The notes: a model not told the origin generated them from the sequence alone. A stretch of 62,939 bases of DNA, filler included, from 6 parts of 6 records of this genome joined end to end with filler, not necessarily neighbours in it; one strand, 5' to 3'. Shown: positions 8,776-18,807, numbered from the whole stretch's first letter. Program-made: numbers and translations.

Positions 8776-10095
8776 ATGACAGACAACTTAAATGAGCAGC
8801 AGGCAATCCCTGTCTCAAAAGTGCAGCGTGCTGCGAAATTCATCTCTACTGGAGCAAAAGTAGGCGGCAATTACGTGAAGCATTACGCCAAGAAAATGGT
8901 GAACCCTAGTATGGATCGGGAAGAACTTCACCAGAATAATGCAACGGATATTTACTCTTCACTCAGTCAGCTGAAAGGATCTGCGTTGAAAGTAGCCCAG
9001 ATGATGTCAATGGATAAGAATCTCTTGCCAAGAGCTTATCAGGATAAATTTACCATGGCTCAGTATTCGGCCCCTCCGTTGTCTTATCCGCTGGTGGTAA
9101 AAACTTTCCAAAAGTATTTTAGCAAGAGTCCAGAACAGATCTTCGATTCCTTTACACGTTCTGCAGTGAATGCCGCATCGATCGGGCAAGTGCATCAGGC
9201 AACCTTAGGTGAGAAGACTTTGGCTGTAAAGATCCAATATCCTGGAATAGCCGATTCAGTGAGTTCTGATTTGAAGTTGGTTCGTCCATTCGCTTTGCGC
9301 CTGCTGAATATGAATGAGCGGGAGCTTGATCATTACATGGAGGAAGTAGAGGAAAAGCTTCTGGAGGAAACTGATTATGTCTTGGAAGTCAAGCGTTCCA
9401 GAGAGATTTCGGGTGAGTGCTCGCACATTGCAAATCTGAAATTCCCTAAGTATTACGACGAATTGAGTGCAGAACGGATCATCACGATGGATTGGATCGA
9501 AGGAAAGCACATGAGAGAATGGCTGGAAACAAAACCAAGTCAGCAATCCAGAAATCAGATCGGACAGGCACTTTGGGATTTTTATCATCATCAGGTGCAT
9601 AATCTTCAGCAAGTACACGCCGATCCGCATCCTGGGAATTTTATCATTCAGGAAAACGATCAGCTGGGTATCATTGATTTTGGTTGTGTAAAAGTGATTC
9701 CAGACGACTTTTATCAGGGTTACTTTGCGTTAATCAAAAAGGAGCTCCAACTCAATGCTGAAGAATTGGATAAGGTATTCTTTGATCTGGAATTTATCAC
9801 AGATAAAGACTCTCCGGAGGAGCAAGTGTACTTTAAATCTGTGTTTAAAGAAATGATTTCCCTGTTAGGAAAGCCTTTTCACTCAGAGGCTTTCGACTTC
9901 TCGGATGATAGTTTCTTTCAGAAAATTTTCGAATTGGGCGATCGGATTTCTAACGATAAGATGTTCAAGAAGTCTAATCAGGCTCGGGGTTCTAGACATG
10001 GGCTATATGTGAACAGAACCTATTTTGGATTGTATAATCTACTGAATCAGCTTCAGGCTGAAGTGGTGACGACTAAGCCTGAATGGTTGAAGTAA
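8776..10095 (+). CDS. ABC1/UbiB-family atypical kinase
   Basis: LKGSALKVAQ, AASIGQVH, AVKIQYPG, HADPHPGNF, IDFGC. Confidence 0.92.
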   Translation: MTDNLNEQQAIPVSKVQRAAKFISTGAKVGGNYVKHYAKKMVNPSMDREELHQNNATDIYSSLSQLKGSALKVAQMMSMDKNLLPRAYQDKFTMAQYSAPPLSYPLVVKTFQKYFSKSPEQIFDSFTRSAVNAASIGQVHQATLGEKTLAVKIQYPGIADSVSSDLKLVRPFALRLLNMNERELDHYMEEVEEKLLEETDYVLEVKRSREISGECSHIANLKFPKYYDELSAERIITMDWIEGKHMREWLETKPSQQSRNQIGQALWDFYHHQVHNLQQVHADPHPGNFIIQENDQLGIIDFGCVKVIPDDFYQGYFALIKKELQLNAEELDKVFFDLEFITDKDSPEEQVYFKSVFKEMISLLGKPFHSEAFDFSDDSFFQKIFELGDRISNDKMFKKSNQARGSRHGLYVNRTYFGLYNLLNQLQAEVVTTKPEWLK

Positions 10096-10096
10096 T

Positions 10097-10126
10097 AAAA
10101 AAGGGAAGCAATCGCTTCCCTTTTTT
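10097..10126. terminator. Bidirectional intrinsic terminator
   Basis: AAAAAAGGGAAGC-aatc-GCTTCCCTTTTTT between convergent genes. Confidence 0.9.
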
Positions 10127-10131
10127 GTGAG

Positions 10132-11331
10132 TTATTTTGCTGAGTAGGTGACCCTATAAATTACTCCTGCCATATCATCGGATATTAACAAACTACCATC
10201 TTTTAATTCCTGAACATCCACTGGACGACCCCATGCTTCCTGAGCTTCCTCATCCAGCCATCCGGTTGCAAAATCTTGTTCACCAGATGCCGTTGAACCA
10301 TCAACATTCAAAGATGTTAATACATAACCTGATTTTTTGCTTCTATTCCAAGAACCGTGTTTGGCAACAATTACTTTGTTTTTGTATTCCGCAGGAAACA
10401 TATTCCCTTCATAAAATCTTAACCCTAGTGGAGCGACGTGAGCACCCATTTTGGCGGCAGGAGCTATATAATCACTTGCAGGACCTCCTTTGTCGCCAAA
10501 TTCTGGGTCTTTCACTGTTCCCTCGTGCCAGTATGGATAACCGAAATGCTGCCCAGATTCAGTGACATGGTTCAACTCACAATTAGGAATGTCGTCTCCC
10601 ATCATGTCACGACCATTGTCAGTAAACCACATATCGCCCGTCTTCGGATCCCAGTCAAATCCTACGGAATTTCTCACGCCATGAACATATACTTCTGGAG
10701 TAGGATTTGGAGAATTGACATCCAATCTGGTTATAGTTGCGAAAATTTCATCCTCTGACTCACAAATATTGCATGGAGCTCCAACTGGAATATATAGCAT
10801 GCCATCAGGTCCAAAGTCTATGAATTTCCATCCGTGATGAGTTTCTGTGGGATATTCATCATAGACAACCTCAAAATTTGGTGCATTTAAATTGTTTAAA
10901 ATGTCTTTAAAACGGATAATTCTACTCACTTCAGCTACATAAAGATCACCATCTTTGTATGCCACTCCATTTGGCATTTGCAGGCCCTCTGCTACTATGA
11001 ATTTGGTGTCGGCTTTTCCGTCACCATCTTCATCAATGACCGCATACACATTACCTTCCTGCCTGCTTCCTACGAATACAACCCCTTCTTCAGAGATTGC
11101 CATCTCTCTTGCATTCGGAATTTCAGCTGCCCATACATCGATTTTAAAATTCTCAGGCAACTTGATTCTGTCAAGTTGTACCTCTGCTTTTGCGTTGCTT
11201 ATGTCAATTTTATTTGCACTATTTGGCGTTTTAAAACTCTGAGCTTCAGCTTTCTGATTTTGTTCACAACCAAAAGAGAATAAGGTGATTCCTATTGCTA
11301 GGAGAGTTGAATATTTAGATTGATAGTACAT
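10132..11331 (-). CDS. PQQ-dependent sugar/sorbosone dehydrogenase-family lipoprotein
   Basis: Lipobox-like FSFGC; HHGWKFIDFGPDG, GAPCNIC, GVRNSVG, HGSWNRS, GRPVDV. Confidence 0.88.
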   Translation of the reverse strand: MYYQSKYSTLLAIGITLFSFGCEQNQKAEAQSFKTPNSANKIDISNAKAEVQLDRIKLPENFKIDVWAAEIPNAREMAISEEGVVFVGSRQEGNVYAVIDEDGDGKADTKFIVAEGLQMPNGVAYKDGDLYVAEVSRIIRFKDILNNLNAPNFEVVYDEYPTETHHGWKFIDFGPDGMLYIPVGAPCNICESEDEIFATITRLDVNSPNPTPEVYVHGVRNSVGFDWDPKTGDMWFTDNGRDMMGDDIPNCELNHVTESGQHFGYPYWHEGTVKDPEFGDKGGPASDYIAPAAKMGAHVAPLGLRFYEGNMFPAEYKNKVIVAKHGSWNRSKKSGYVLTSLNVDGSTASGEQDFATGWLDEEAQEAWGRPVDVQELKDGSLLISDDMAGVIYRVTYSAK

Positions 11332-11424
11332 AATTGGAAATTTCTTTGATATAGTAAGTTAAGAAACATTCAGAATGTTTGGGAATGAAAAGGTTATAAG
11401 CGGGTTAATGGTTAATTTTGCGCC

Positions 11425-13353
11425 ATGTTATCGATTTCCAATCTCTCTTACTTCATCGGAGGGCGCCCGCTCTACGAAAATGCCAATTTGCATATCAAAC
11501 CAAAGGACAAAATTGGACTTGTAGGTCAAAATGGTACTGGTAAATCCACGCTGTTGAAAATTATCAACGGTGACTATCAGCCGAGTTCTGGAGAAGTTCA
11601 AAAGGCAAAGGATTGTACCATAGGGTTTTTGAATCAGGATTTACTTTCATACCAGTCAGACGATAGTATTTTGAATGTGGCCTTGGCTGCGTTCAAGGAA
11701 ACATTGGCACTCCAAGATGAGATCGATGAAATCTTGAAAAAGATGGAAACGGATTATTCCGATGAGATGATCAATAGATTGGCATTTCTTCAGGAAAGAT
11801 TTGAGGCGAATGAAGGCTATACAATCAAAGCTAAGGCAGAGGAAGTACTGGAAGGAATTGGTTTCAAGTCTGCAGATTTGAACAAACCGCTCAGGACTTT
11901 TTCGGGAGGATGGAGAATGCGTGTGATGCTTGCTAAACTTTTGCTTGAAAAACCTTCCTTACTCATGCTGGATGAGCCTACCAACCACTTGGATCTTCCT
12001 TCTATCGAATGGGTAGAAAACTACATGAAGAACTATGAGGGCGCAGTGATTGTCGTTTCCCACGATCAGACTTTTTTGGATAATTGCATTAGTAGTACTG
12101 TGGAAGTGGCGAGTAATACGCTGACGCTTTATGCTGGAAATTATTCTTTTTATAAGGCTGAGAAAGTGGAGCGGATGGAGATTCAGCAGAATGCTTACGA
12201 AAATCAGCAGCAGATGATCAAGCAGACGGAGAAGTTCATCGAGCGTTTCCGTGCCAAAGCGACTAAATCCAACCAAGTTCAGTCTAGAATCAAAGCTTTG
12301 GATAGATTGGATCGTGTGCATGAGGTGGTGAGTGATGAGGTTTCTGTGAATTTTAAATTCAAGTTCTCAAAGCAATCAGGCCGGGATGTGATCACCTTGG
12401 ATAACATTTCGAAGGCATACGGAGATAATGTTATTCTGAAAAATACTACTGCTAGAATCGAGCGAGGTGATAAAATTGCTTTGATCGGAGCGAATGGTAA
12501 GGGGAAATCAACTTTGCTCAGAATCATAGATGGTTCTGAAAAAGATATAAAAGGAAGAACTGAAGGCTATAATGTCATCAAATCTTTCTTTGCGCAGCAT
12601 CAATTGGAAGCATTGACCTTGGATAATGAGATTTTGCAGGAAATGGCTCAGGCCGGAAGCGCAAAATCCGAGATGGAGCTTCGTGGAGTTTTAGGATGCT
12701 TTTTATTCACTAATGAGGAAGTATTCAAAAAGATCAAAGTGCTTTCCGGAGGGGAAAAGTCGAGAGTTGCACTAGCGAAAACTTTGATCTCTGAATCAAA
12801 CTTTTTGCTACTTGATGAGCCTACAAACCACTTGGATTTTCAGTCGGTGAATATTTTGATTCAGGCACTTCAGCAATATGAGGGGACATTTGTAACCGTA
12901 TCTCACGATAGACATTTTATTAGAGGTGTGGCAAATAAGATTTGGTACATAGAGAATCATGAGATCAAGGAATACTTGGGCACTTATGCAGAATATGAGG
13001 CTTGGCGAGAAAAGCAGGCGCCTGTACCTGTGCAGGCCGTCCAAAAGTCAGAGAAAAAAGAACAGCCAAAAGCGAAGGCTCCTGTAAATAACCCTGAGGC
13101 GCAACAAGCCAAAAAAGACTTGAGAAAACTTGAGGAAGAATTGGAGCGAGTTGAAAAGGAGGTGGAAAAGTTGGAGGAGAAAAAGTTGGTTTTGGAGCGT
13201 AAAATGGCTGACCCGGATCTATACTCCAGAGAAGAGGAAGCTCAGAAAGTTCAAGAAAACTATCAAGGTATTCAAGCTAAACTCAAAGAGTCAAATGAGA
13301 AATGGGAGGTTTTGGTAGACAAAATTTCCAACCTTCAGGAAGTCCTTTCTTAG
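11425..13353 (+). CDS. ABC-F family ATP-binding protein
   Basis: Two NBDs (GQNGTGKS/SGGW/LDEPTNHLD and GANGKGKS/LSGGE/LDEPTNHLD), no TM segments, C-terminal coiled coil. Confidence 0.95.
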   Translation: MLSISNLSYFIGGRPLYENANLHIKPKDKIGLVGQNGTGKSTLLKIINGDYQPSSGEVQKAKDCTIGFLNQDLLSYQSDDSILNVALAAFKETLALQDEIDEILKKMETDYSDEMINRLAFLQERFEANEGYTIKAKAEEVLEGIGFKSADLNKPLRTFSGGWRMRVMLAKLLLEKPSLLMLDEPTNHLDLPSIEWVENYMKNYEGAVIVVSHDQTFLDNCISSTVEVASNTLTLYAGNYSFYKAEKVERMEIQQNAYENQQQMIKQTEKFIERFRAKATKSNQVQSRIKALDRLDRVHEVVSDEVSVNFKFKFSKQSGRDVITLDNISKAYGDNVILKNTTARIERGDKIALIGANGKGKSTLLRIIDGSEKDIKGRTEGYNVIKSFFAQHQLEALTLDNEILQEMAQAGSAKSEMELRGVLGCFLFTNEEVFKKIKVLSGGEKSRVALAKTLISESNFLLLDEPTNHLDFQSVNILIQALQQYEGTFVTVSHDRHFIRGVANKIWYIENHEIKEYLGTYAEYEAWREKQAPVPVQAVQKSEKKEQPKAKAPVNNPEAQQAKKDLRKLEEELERVEKEVEKLEEKKLVLERKMADPDLYSREEEAQKVQENYQGIQAKLKESNEKWEVLVDKISNLQEVLS

Positions 13354-13393
13354 TAAATTTTAGATTTGGTCTTCATTTTGCCTATTTTTCAGA

Positions 13394-14671
13394 ATGAAGA
13401 CCAAATCCCTTTTTTTAAGTTTTTTATTTAGCATATCAGCTGTTTTCCACCTTTTTGCGCAGCAACTGGAGGATAAAGTATACAAAGACCACATTCAATC
13501 AGTTCGTTTGTTTCCGGCGGGCGAGACTTTTGATGCTTCGATTGATGCACCAGTAATCCCTTTGAGATCAGAAAAGCCATTGGTTTTACTATTTGATGAT
13601 TTAGCCTTTGATCCTGAATTGTACACTGCCAAATTGATTCATTGCGATGCAGATTGGCAGAAGTCACAGTTGAAAGACAACGACTTTTCGCCCACCTTCA
13701 ACGAGTTTAACATTCAGGATTACGAGTATTCGGTTAATACGAGGATCCCATATATTCATTACCGATTTGAACTTCCCCGAGTCACAAAATCTGGAAATTA
13801 TATAATTAAAGTTTACCGGCAACGCGACGAGTCAGATGTGATTCTGACCAAGCGATTCATGATTTACGAGGAGACTTTCCGAGTAGGAGCATCCATTGTC
13901 CCGCCTTCTCAAACAGCAGCTCGAAATACATCTCAACAGATCAATGTGGTGGTGAATTATTCGGCAGGGGAGGTTACCAATCCAGATGGACAGATAAAAG
14001 TTCTCATTCGCCAAAATCAACGATGGGACAATGCGAAATTTTTGGCTAAGCCAACCTTTATGAATGAGAGTTCCAAAGTTTTGAGGTACGAGTCATTTGA
14101 CGGAGGGAATACTTTTGATGCGGGTAATGAATTCCGCTTCGTTGACTTGAGATTCATCAGGGCTAATGGGGTAAACATAGCTAATATGCGTGTAGAGCCG
14201 GATGTGATTTTTGCAGACGGAAATATCAATAAGCCTCGTCCAGAAACTGCATACTCTCAGTATTTGGATCTGAATGGCCAATATATAATTGAAACGAAGG
14301 ATCGACCGGGCGGAAATCCTGAAATAGAAAGTGAATACATGCTGATGACTTTTAGATTGGCTATCGCTGAAGATTCTGACCCAGTTTACTTATTAGGTTC
14401 ACTGACAAATTGGGGAAAAGCGCCTGAAGCAAAAATGGAATGGGATCCAAAAATGAGTGTTTACACTACCTCCCTTTTAGTGAAACAAGGATGGTATGAT
14501 TACCAATATGCCTATTTGAGAAATGGAGCATTTGACACAAAGCCCTTTGAAGGCAGTTATTTTGAAACTGAAAATGAATATGAAGTATTGGTTTATTTTA
14601 GAAACTTAGGGTCACGTTACGATCAGCTGGTGGGCTATATTTATCTGCACCCAAATCGCCGCAGGCTCTAA
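13394..14671 (+). CDS. DUF5103 protein (T9SS plug-like, exported)
   Basis: Signal peptide; IHCDADW, YIHY, SGNY, GNEFRFVD, VKQGWYDYQY, EGSYFETENEY motifs typical of this Bacteroidota family. Confidence 0.75.
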   Translation: MKTKSLFLSFLFSISAVFHLFAQQLEDKVYKDHIQSVRLFPAGETFDASIDAPVIPLRSEKPLVLLFDDLAFDPELYTAKLIHCDADWQKSQLKDNDFSPTFNEFNIQDYEYSVNTRIPYIHYRFELPRVTKSGNYIIKVYRQRDESDVILTKRFMIYEETFRVGASIVPPSQTAARNTSQQINVVVNYSAGEVTNPDGQIKVLIRQNQRWDNAKFLAKPTFMNESSKVLRYESFDGGNTFDAGNEFRFVDLRFIRANGVNIANMRVEPDVIFADGNINKPRPETAYSQYLDLNGQYIIETKDRPGGNPEIESEYMLMTFRLAIAEDSDPVYLLGSLTNWGKAPEAKMEWDPKMSVYTTSLLVKQGWYDYQYAYLRNGAFDTKPFEGSYFETENEYEVLVYFRNLGSRYDQLVGYIYLHPNRRRL

Positions 14672-14674
14672 AAG

Positions 14675-14707
14675 AAAAATCCCTTCCGAAATACGGAAGG
14701 GATTTTT
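14675..14707. terminator. Bidirectional intrinsic terminator between the DUF5103 gene and cas6
   Basis: AAAAATCCCTTCCG-aaata-CGGAAGGGATTTTT, perfect 14-bp stem. Confidence 0.9.
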
Positions 14708-15598
14708 TTATGATTCTTCAGAAGTTGATTCTTTGTCTTCATCTGCAGGTGGCGCGACATTCTCGCGAACGCGCTCACTTGGCTTGTAAGGCACAAAACC
14801 TTCTCTTTTGAATTTGTATGTTGTAGTTCTCGGGCCAGCTGGATGATTAGCCAAATCTAGCATTCCAAAACCTTTGTGAGTAAACGCTCCTAGACCACAT
14901 TTGAACACGAAGTCCTGAACTTCAGGAGCTGCATATAAGGTGATTGGAAGCGTGTATCCTCTCACTTCATATTTTACATCCATGTCGTAAACGGCATAGA
15001 TTCTAGCAAATTTCTTCTGTGCTTCCTTAAGTTTATTCACATAAACCATATCAGGAACTACCTGGAATTTGTAGAAGGTTTCCATTTGCTCAGGAGTGTA
15101 CCAGCCAGATCTTTCCATTCTGGTAAGCGTAGATTCGTAAAGTAAATCGGAGAACTCATCGCTATCCGGACTAATGAAGCGCTTACCTGCTTCCTCGTTG
15201 AAGGCAGGAGTGATCAATACCAATGGGGAAATACAAACAAACTTGTTTGATGTCTCCAAAACTGGTTCAACTTCAATTTCAGTGTACTCAGGGACCATAA
15301 TTAGGTTGCCAAGCTCGATTTTTGGGGTGGCAAAAACCTGCTCTAGCAGATAGTCCATGAAGTCTTCACTTTGTGAAGATAATACTAGGGTTACTAAACT
15401 GGAATAGTAGTGCAATCCACTTCTACTTACTTTAGTCTGGCCTTTCAGACCGGAGAAATTGAAGTAGTTATAGTTGTAAAACTCTTCTCTTCCACCTTTC
15501 ACAATAAGTCCTTTAAGGAATTGTGCCAGAATATACTGGTGGTGAAAAGGCAGGTAAGAACCCTTGTTTTTTAGGGAAAATATTAGTCTAACTCTCAC
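14708..15598 (-). CDS. cas6: Stand-alone Cas6-family RAMP endoribonuclease
   Basis: N-terminal MRVRLIF beta strand, LPFHHQY, FNFSGL, CISPLVL, and the C-terminal glycine-rich loop GLGAFTHKGFGM (GhGxxxxxGhG). GTG start. Confidence 0.85.
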   Translation of the reverse strand: MRVRLIFSLKNKGSYLPFHHQYILAQFLKGLIVKGGREEFYNYNYFNFSGLKGQTKVSRSGLHYYSSLVTLVLSSQSEDFMDYLLEQVFATPKIELGNLIMVPEYTEIEVEPVLETSNKFVCISPLVLITPAFNEEAGKRFISPDSDEFSDLLYESTLTRMERSGWYTPEQMETFYKFQVVPDMVYVNKLKEAQKKFARIYAVYDMDVKYEVRGYTLPITLYAAPEVQDFVFKCGLGAFTHKGFGMLDLANHPAGPRTTTYKFKREGFVPYKPSERVRENVAPPADEDKESTSEES

Positions 15599-15667
15599 GG
15601 TAAATTAAAAATAAAATGAGACAATAAATAAGATAAAATTGTAACGTATTGGGTGAATAAGCAATTA

Positions 15668-15675
15668 CAAAATTA
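15668..15675 (-). promoter_or_regulatory. Candidate Bacteroidota -7 promoter element for cas6
   Basis: Minus strand reads TAATTTTG (TAnnTTTG) about 70 nt upstream of the cas6 GTG. Confidence 0.45.
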
Positions 15676-15695
15676 TCAATTTTTTTGAGAATATG

Positions 15696-16793
15696 TTACA
15701 CATTGAACCTAAAATGCATAATGTCACCATCTTGAACTACGTATTCTTTGCCCTCGATAGCTATTTTTCCATTTTCTCTACATGCTGCTTCAGTCTTGAA
15801 TTTCTGATATTCAGGTAATTTGATCACTTCAGCTTTGATGAACCCTCTTTCAAAATCTGTATGAATTACTCCAGCTGCTGCAGGAGCTTTCCAACCTTTT
15901 TTGATGGTCCAGGCTCTAACTTCCTGCACACCAGCTGTGAAATAGGTAATCAGGTCTAGTAGTGAGTACGCACTGCTGATCAATTTGTTTAATCCGCTTT
16001 CTTCCAAACCGTATTCACCCAAGAACATTTCCTTCTCTTCCGGGTCATCAAATTCTGCGATTTGAGCTTCTATTGCCGCACATAGGATGATTACTTCCGC
16101 ATTTTCATCTTTCACTTCTTCCTTCAGCTTATCTACATACTGGTTGCCCGCCTGCAAACTTTCTTCATCTACATTCGCCACATAGATCACAGGTTTGATA
16201 GTAAGCAAATGTAAATCCCGAACTGCTTCCAAGTCCTCTTTTTCTACATCGACAGATCTAGCATTCTTGCCATTGGTAAGTGCTTGTTTGAATTGCAAAA
16301 GAGTTTCCAATTCTTTTTTTGCTTTTGCATCACCAGCTTTAGCTACTTTTTCTGTTTTCTGGATTTTCTTATCTACTGATTCCAAATCTTTCAATTGAAG
16401 CTCAGTGTCAATTACTTCCTTATCAAATATCGGGTCTACTCCTCCAGCTACGTGGACGATGTTTTCATCGTCAAAGCATCTTATTACGTGAATAATAGCA
16501 TCGACTTCGCGTATATTTGCAAGAAATTTGTTCCCCAGACCTTCTCCTTTGCTGGCACCTTTTACAAGCCCAGCAATATCGACGAATTCAATCACTGTAG
16601 GAAGAACTCTGTTTGGATTGACAAGTTCTTCAAGGATTTGCAGTCTTTTGTCTGGAACAGTAACAACACCCACATTCGGCTCAATCGTGCAAAAAGGGAA
16701 GTTTGCTGCCTCAGCTTTCGCACTCGAAAGCGCATTAAACAGAGTGGATTTCCCAACGTTTGGAAGTCCAACAATGCCACATTGTAATGCCAT
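15696..16793 (-). CDS. ychF: Redox-regulated ribosome-binding ATPase YchF
   Basis: [39 protein letters not shown] domain, ends FRFNV. Confidence 0.98.
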   Translation of the reverse strand: MALQCGIVGLPNVGKSTLFNALSSAKAEAANFPFCTIEPNVGVVTVPDKRLQILEELVNPNRVLPTVIEFVDIAGLVKGASKGEGLGNKFLANIREVDAIIHVIRCFDDENIVHVAGGVDPIFDKEVIDTELQLKDLESVDKKIQKTEKVAKAGDAKAKKELETLLQFKQALTNGKNARSVDVEKEDLEAVRDLHLLTIKPVIYVANVDEESLQAGNQYVDKLKEEVKDENAEVIILCAAIEAQIAEFDDPEEKEMFLGEYGLEESGLNKLISSAYSLLDLITYFTAGVQEVRAWTIKKGWKAPAAAGVIHTDFERGFIKAEVIKLPEYQKFKTEAACRENGKIAIEGKEYVVQDGDIMHFRFNV

Positions 16794-16800
16794 TAATTAA

Positions 16801-17886
16801 TTATTTTATTTGAAATATTCTGTATGATTTATACCCTTTATAGAACTCTAAAATAAACACTCTAAAGATCGTATAAACCGGTATAGCAAAAATCATCCCG
16901 ACTACTCCGGCGATTTTTGCCCCGGCAAAGATAACAACAAATATTTCAAGGGGATGTGCTTTTACAGATTTAGAAAATATCAATGGCTGCAGAAATATGT
17001 TGTCAGTAATCTGAACGAGGCCAAAGACTGAAAGGATCTTGATTATTAGGTAATTTAATTCGGTGTTTGTTTCAAAAGTTCCTGAAGAAATCCCCACAAT
17101 AATACCGAATAACGCACCTAATAGTGGACCTGCGTAGGGAATGAGATTTGCTACAGCCGCAAATAGAGCGATAGTCAACGCATACTCCACACCCATAATG
17201 GTGAGCCCAAAACTAGCTAATGAGAAAATGGCCAGCATTTGCAATAATAGCCCTGAAAGGTAATTTGATAACAGCTTTTCTACTTTTGTGAATGTCGCTA
17301 CTGAAAGTTCAAAATAAGGGTTTGGAATCAAATTCAATAGATTTCTACGCAGTAAGCCATTTTCCAGAAGAAGGAAAAAACTGATAAAGGCAATAGCCAT
17401 CGTGCCAATAAAAAGACTACTTGTAGTATTTATTACGCCGCCAATAAATGAAGTGAAGTCAAATTCTTTGATCATTTCTATCATACTTGTCTTCAAGCTG
17501 CCAAATAAGTAGCCGGGTTGACCTTCCAATAATTCGTGCCTCAGAAGAAAACCTTCCACTCTACCCACCGGAAGCTGGACTTGCTCATAAATGCCGTCCA
17601 AATCTAGTTCACTGAGGATGATGATTTGGTTATTAATAAGTGGGAAAAATAGAAAGCTTAGTAATACTATTAAAAGAATTATTGCTGAGTAGGATAGGAG
17701 AATAGCTGACCATCTAGGAATATGCTGTCCTAAGAGGTGGAAATCATTTAATTGATTAGTTAATGGTCGCAGAAGTGCTGCGAGTATCAAGGAAATGATC
17801 AGGTAAAGCGTGATGTTTGAGAAATACCAACCAAACAGCAAGAATACCGCAATGGATAAAATGAGATAAATGAAAAATCGCTGCAT
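16801..17886 (-). CDS. AI-2E family transporter
   Basis: Multiple TM segments; NLIPYAGP, QPLIFSKSVKAHPLEIF, GMIFAIP. Start placed at ATG 17886. Confidence 0.88.
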   Translation of the reverse strand: MQRFFIYLILSIAVFLLFGWYFSNITLYLIISLILAALLRPLTNQLNDFHLLGQHIPRWSAILLSYSAIILLIVLLSFLFFPLINNQIIILSELDLDGIYEQVQLPVGRVEGFLLRHELLEGQPGYLFGSLKTSMIEMIKEFDFTSFIGGVINTTSSLFIGTMAIAFISFFLLLENGLLRRNLLNLIPNPYFELSVATFTKVEKLLSNYLSGLLLQMLAIFSLASFGLTIMGVEYALTIALFAAVANLIPYAGPLLGALFGIIVGISSGTFETNTELNYLIIKILSVFGLVQITDNIFLQPLIFSKSVKAHPLEIFVVIFAGAKIAGVVGMIFAIPVYTIFRVFILEFYKGYKSYRIFQIK

Positions 17887-17975
17887 ATTCTGAAACAAGA
17901 AAAGGAGACAAATCTGCCTCCTCTAATATACCATTTCTCTATATTGAAACTATCAAACTGATGAATCCAGTCAAT

Positions 17976-18299
17976 TTATTCCCACTTCAGTTCATCATTA
18001 TATTCAGACTCTTCTTTCTCATACTGCTCGAAATCTACATCTGGAAGAAGGTCATTTTTAACGTAATCAACAGATTCATTTAGTGCTTCCACGAATTTGA
18101 AGAAATCTTCTTTATAGAGAAAGATCTTATGCTTTTCATACGTAAAATTTTCTCCGTTTACCTTTCTCTTACTTTCAGTAATAGTCAAGTAATAATCATT
18201 TGAGCGAGTAGATTTAACGTCGAAAAAATACGTTCTTTTGCCCGCTTTTACTTTTTTGGAGAAAATCTCCTCTCTGTCATAGCCTCTTTGATCGTCCAC
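17976..18299 (-). CDS. PUR-family DNA/RNA-binding protein (DUF3276)
   Basis: FSKKVKAGKRTYFFDVK, YYLTITESK, KHKIFLYKEDF. GTG start. Confidence 0.9.
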   Translation of the reverse strand: MDDQRGYDREEIFSKKVKAGKRTYFFDVKSTRSNDYYLTITESKRKVNGENFTYEKHKIFLYKEDFFKFVEALNESVDYVKNDLLPDVDFEQYEKEESEYNDELKWE

Positions 18300-18459
18300 A
18301 ATTCTTTATGTTATAAGTATAAGGTTGTTTAAAATTCAATCCAAGATAAAACAATTAGAACTGAGTTTTCAAGCCAGACCTTCTTTATTTTTATCCAATA
18401 AGTAGGATAATTAGGTTAAAACCCTCTGAAGTTTAAAGAATATTTTGCTGTGAATCTGC

Positions 18460-18807
18460 TTATTCGCCGTGCATCAAGGCTTTTTTAGCCAATAAAGCCT
18501 CCTCGGTTTCGCGGTGGTCAGGGTCGTCTACGCAGCAATCTACAGGACATACCGCCGCACACTGTGGCTCTTCGTGAAAGCCATTGCACTCGGTGCATTT
18601 ATCTGTAACAATGTAGTAGAATTCGTCTGAAACCGGCTCTTGTTTTTCATTTGCATCTATTACAGTACCGTCTTCTAATGTCACTTCATTTAAAGTAGTA
18701 CCGCCTCCCCAAGTCCACTCTACGCCACCTTCATAGATCGCAGTGTTTGGGCATTCTGGTTCGCATGCACCACAGTTGATGCATTCGTCGGTAATCATTA
18801 TAGCCAT
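18460..18807 (-). CDS. 4Fe-4S dicluster ferredoxin
   Basis: [12 protein letters not shown] and [22 protein letters not shown]. Confidence 0.95.
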   Translation of the reverse strand: MAIMITDECINCGACEPECPNTAIYEGGVEWTWGGGTTLNEVTLEDGTVIDANEKQEPVSDEFYYIVTDKCTECNGFHEEPQCAAVCPVDCCVDDPDHRETEEALLAKKALMHGE

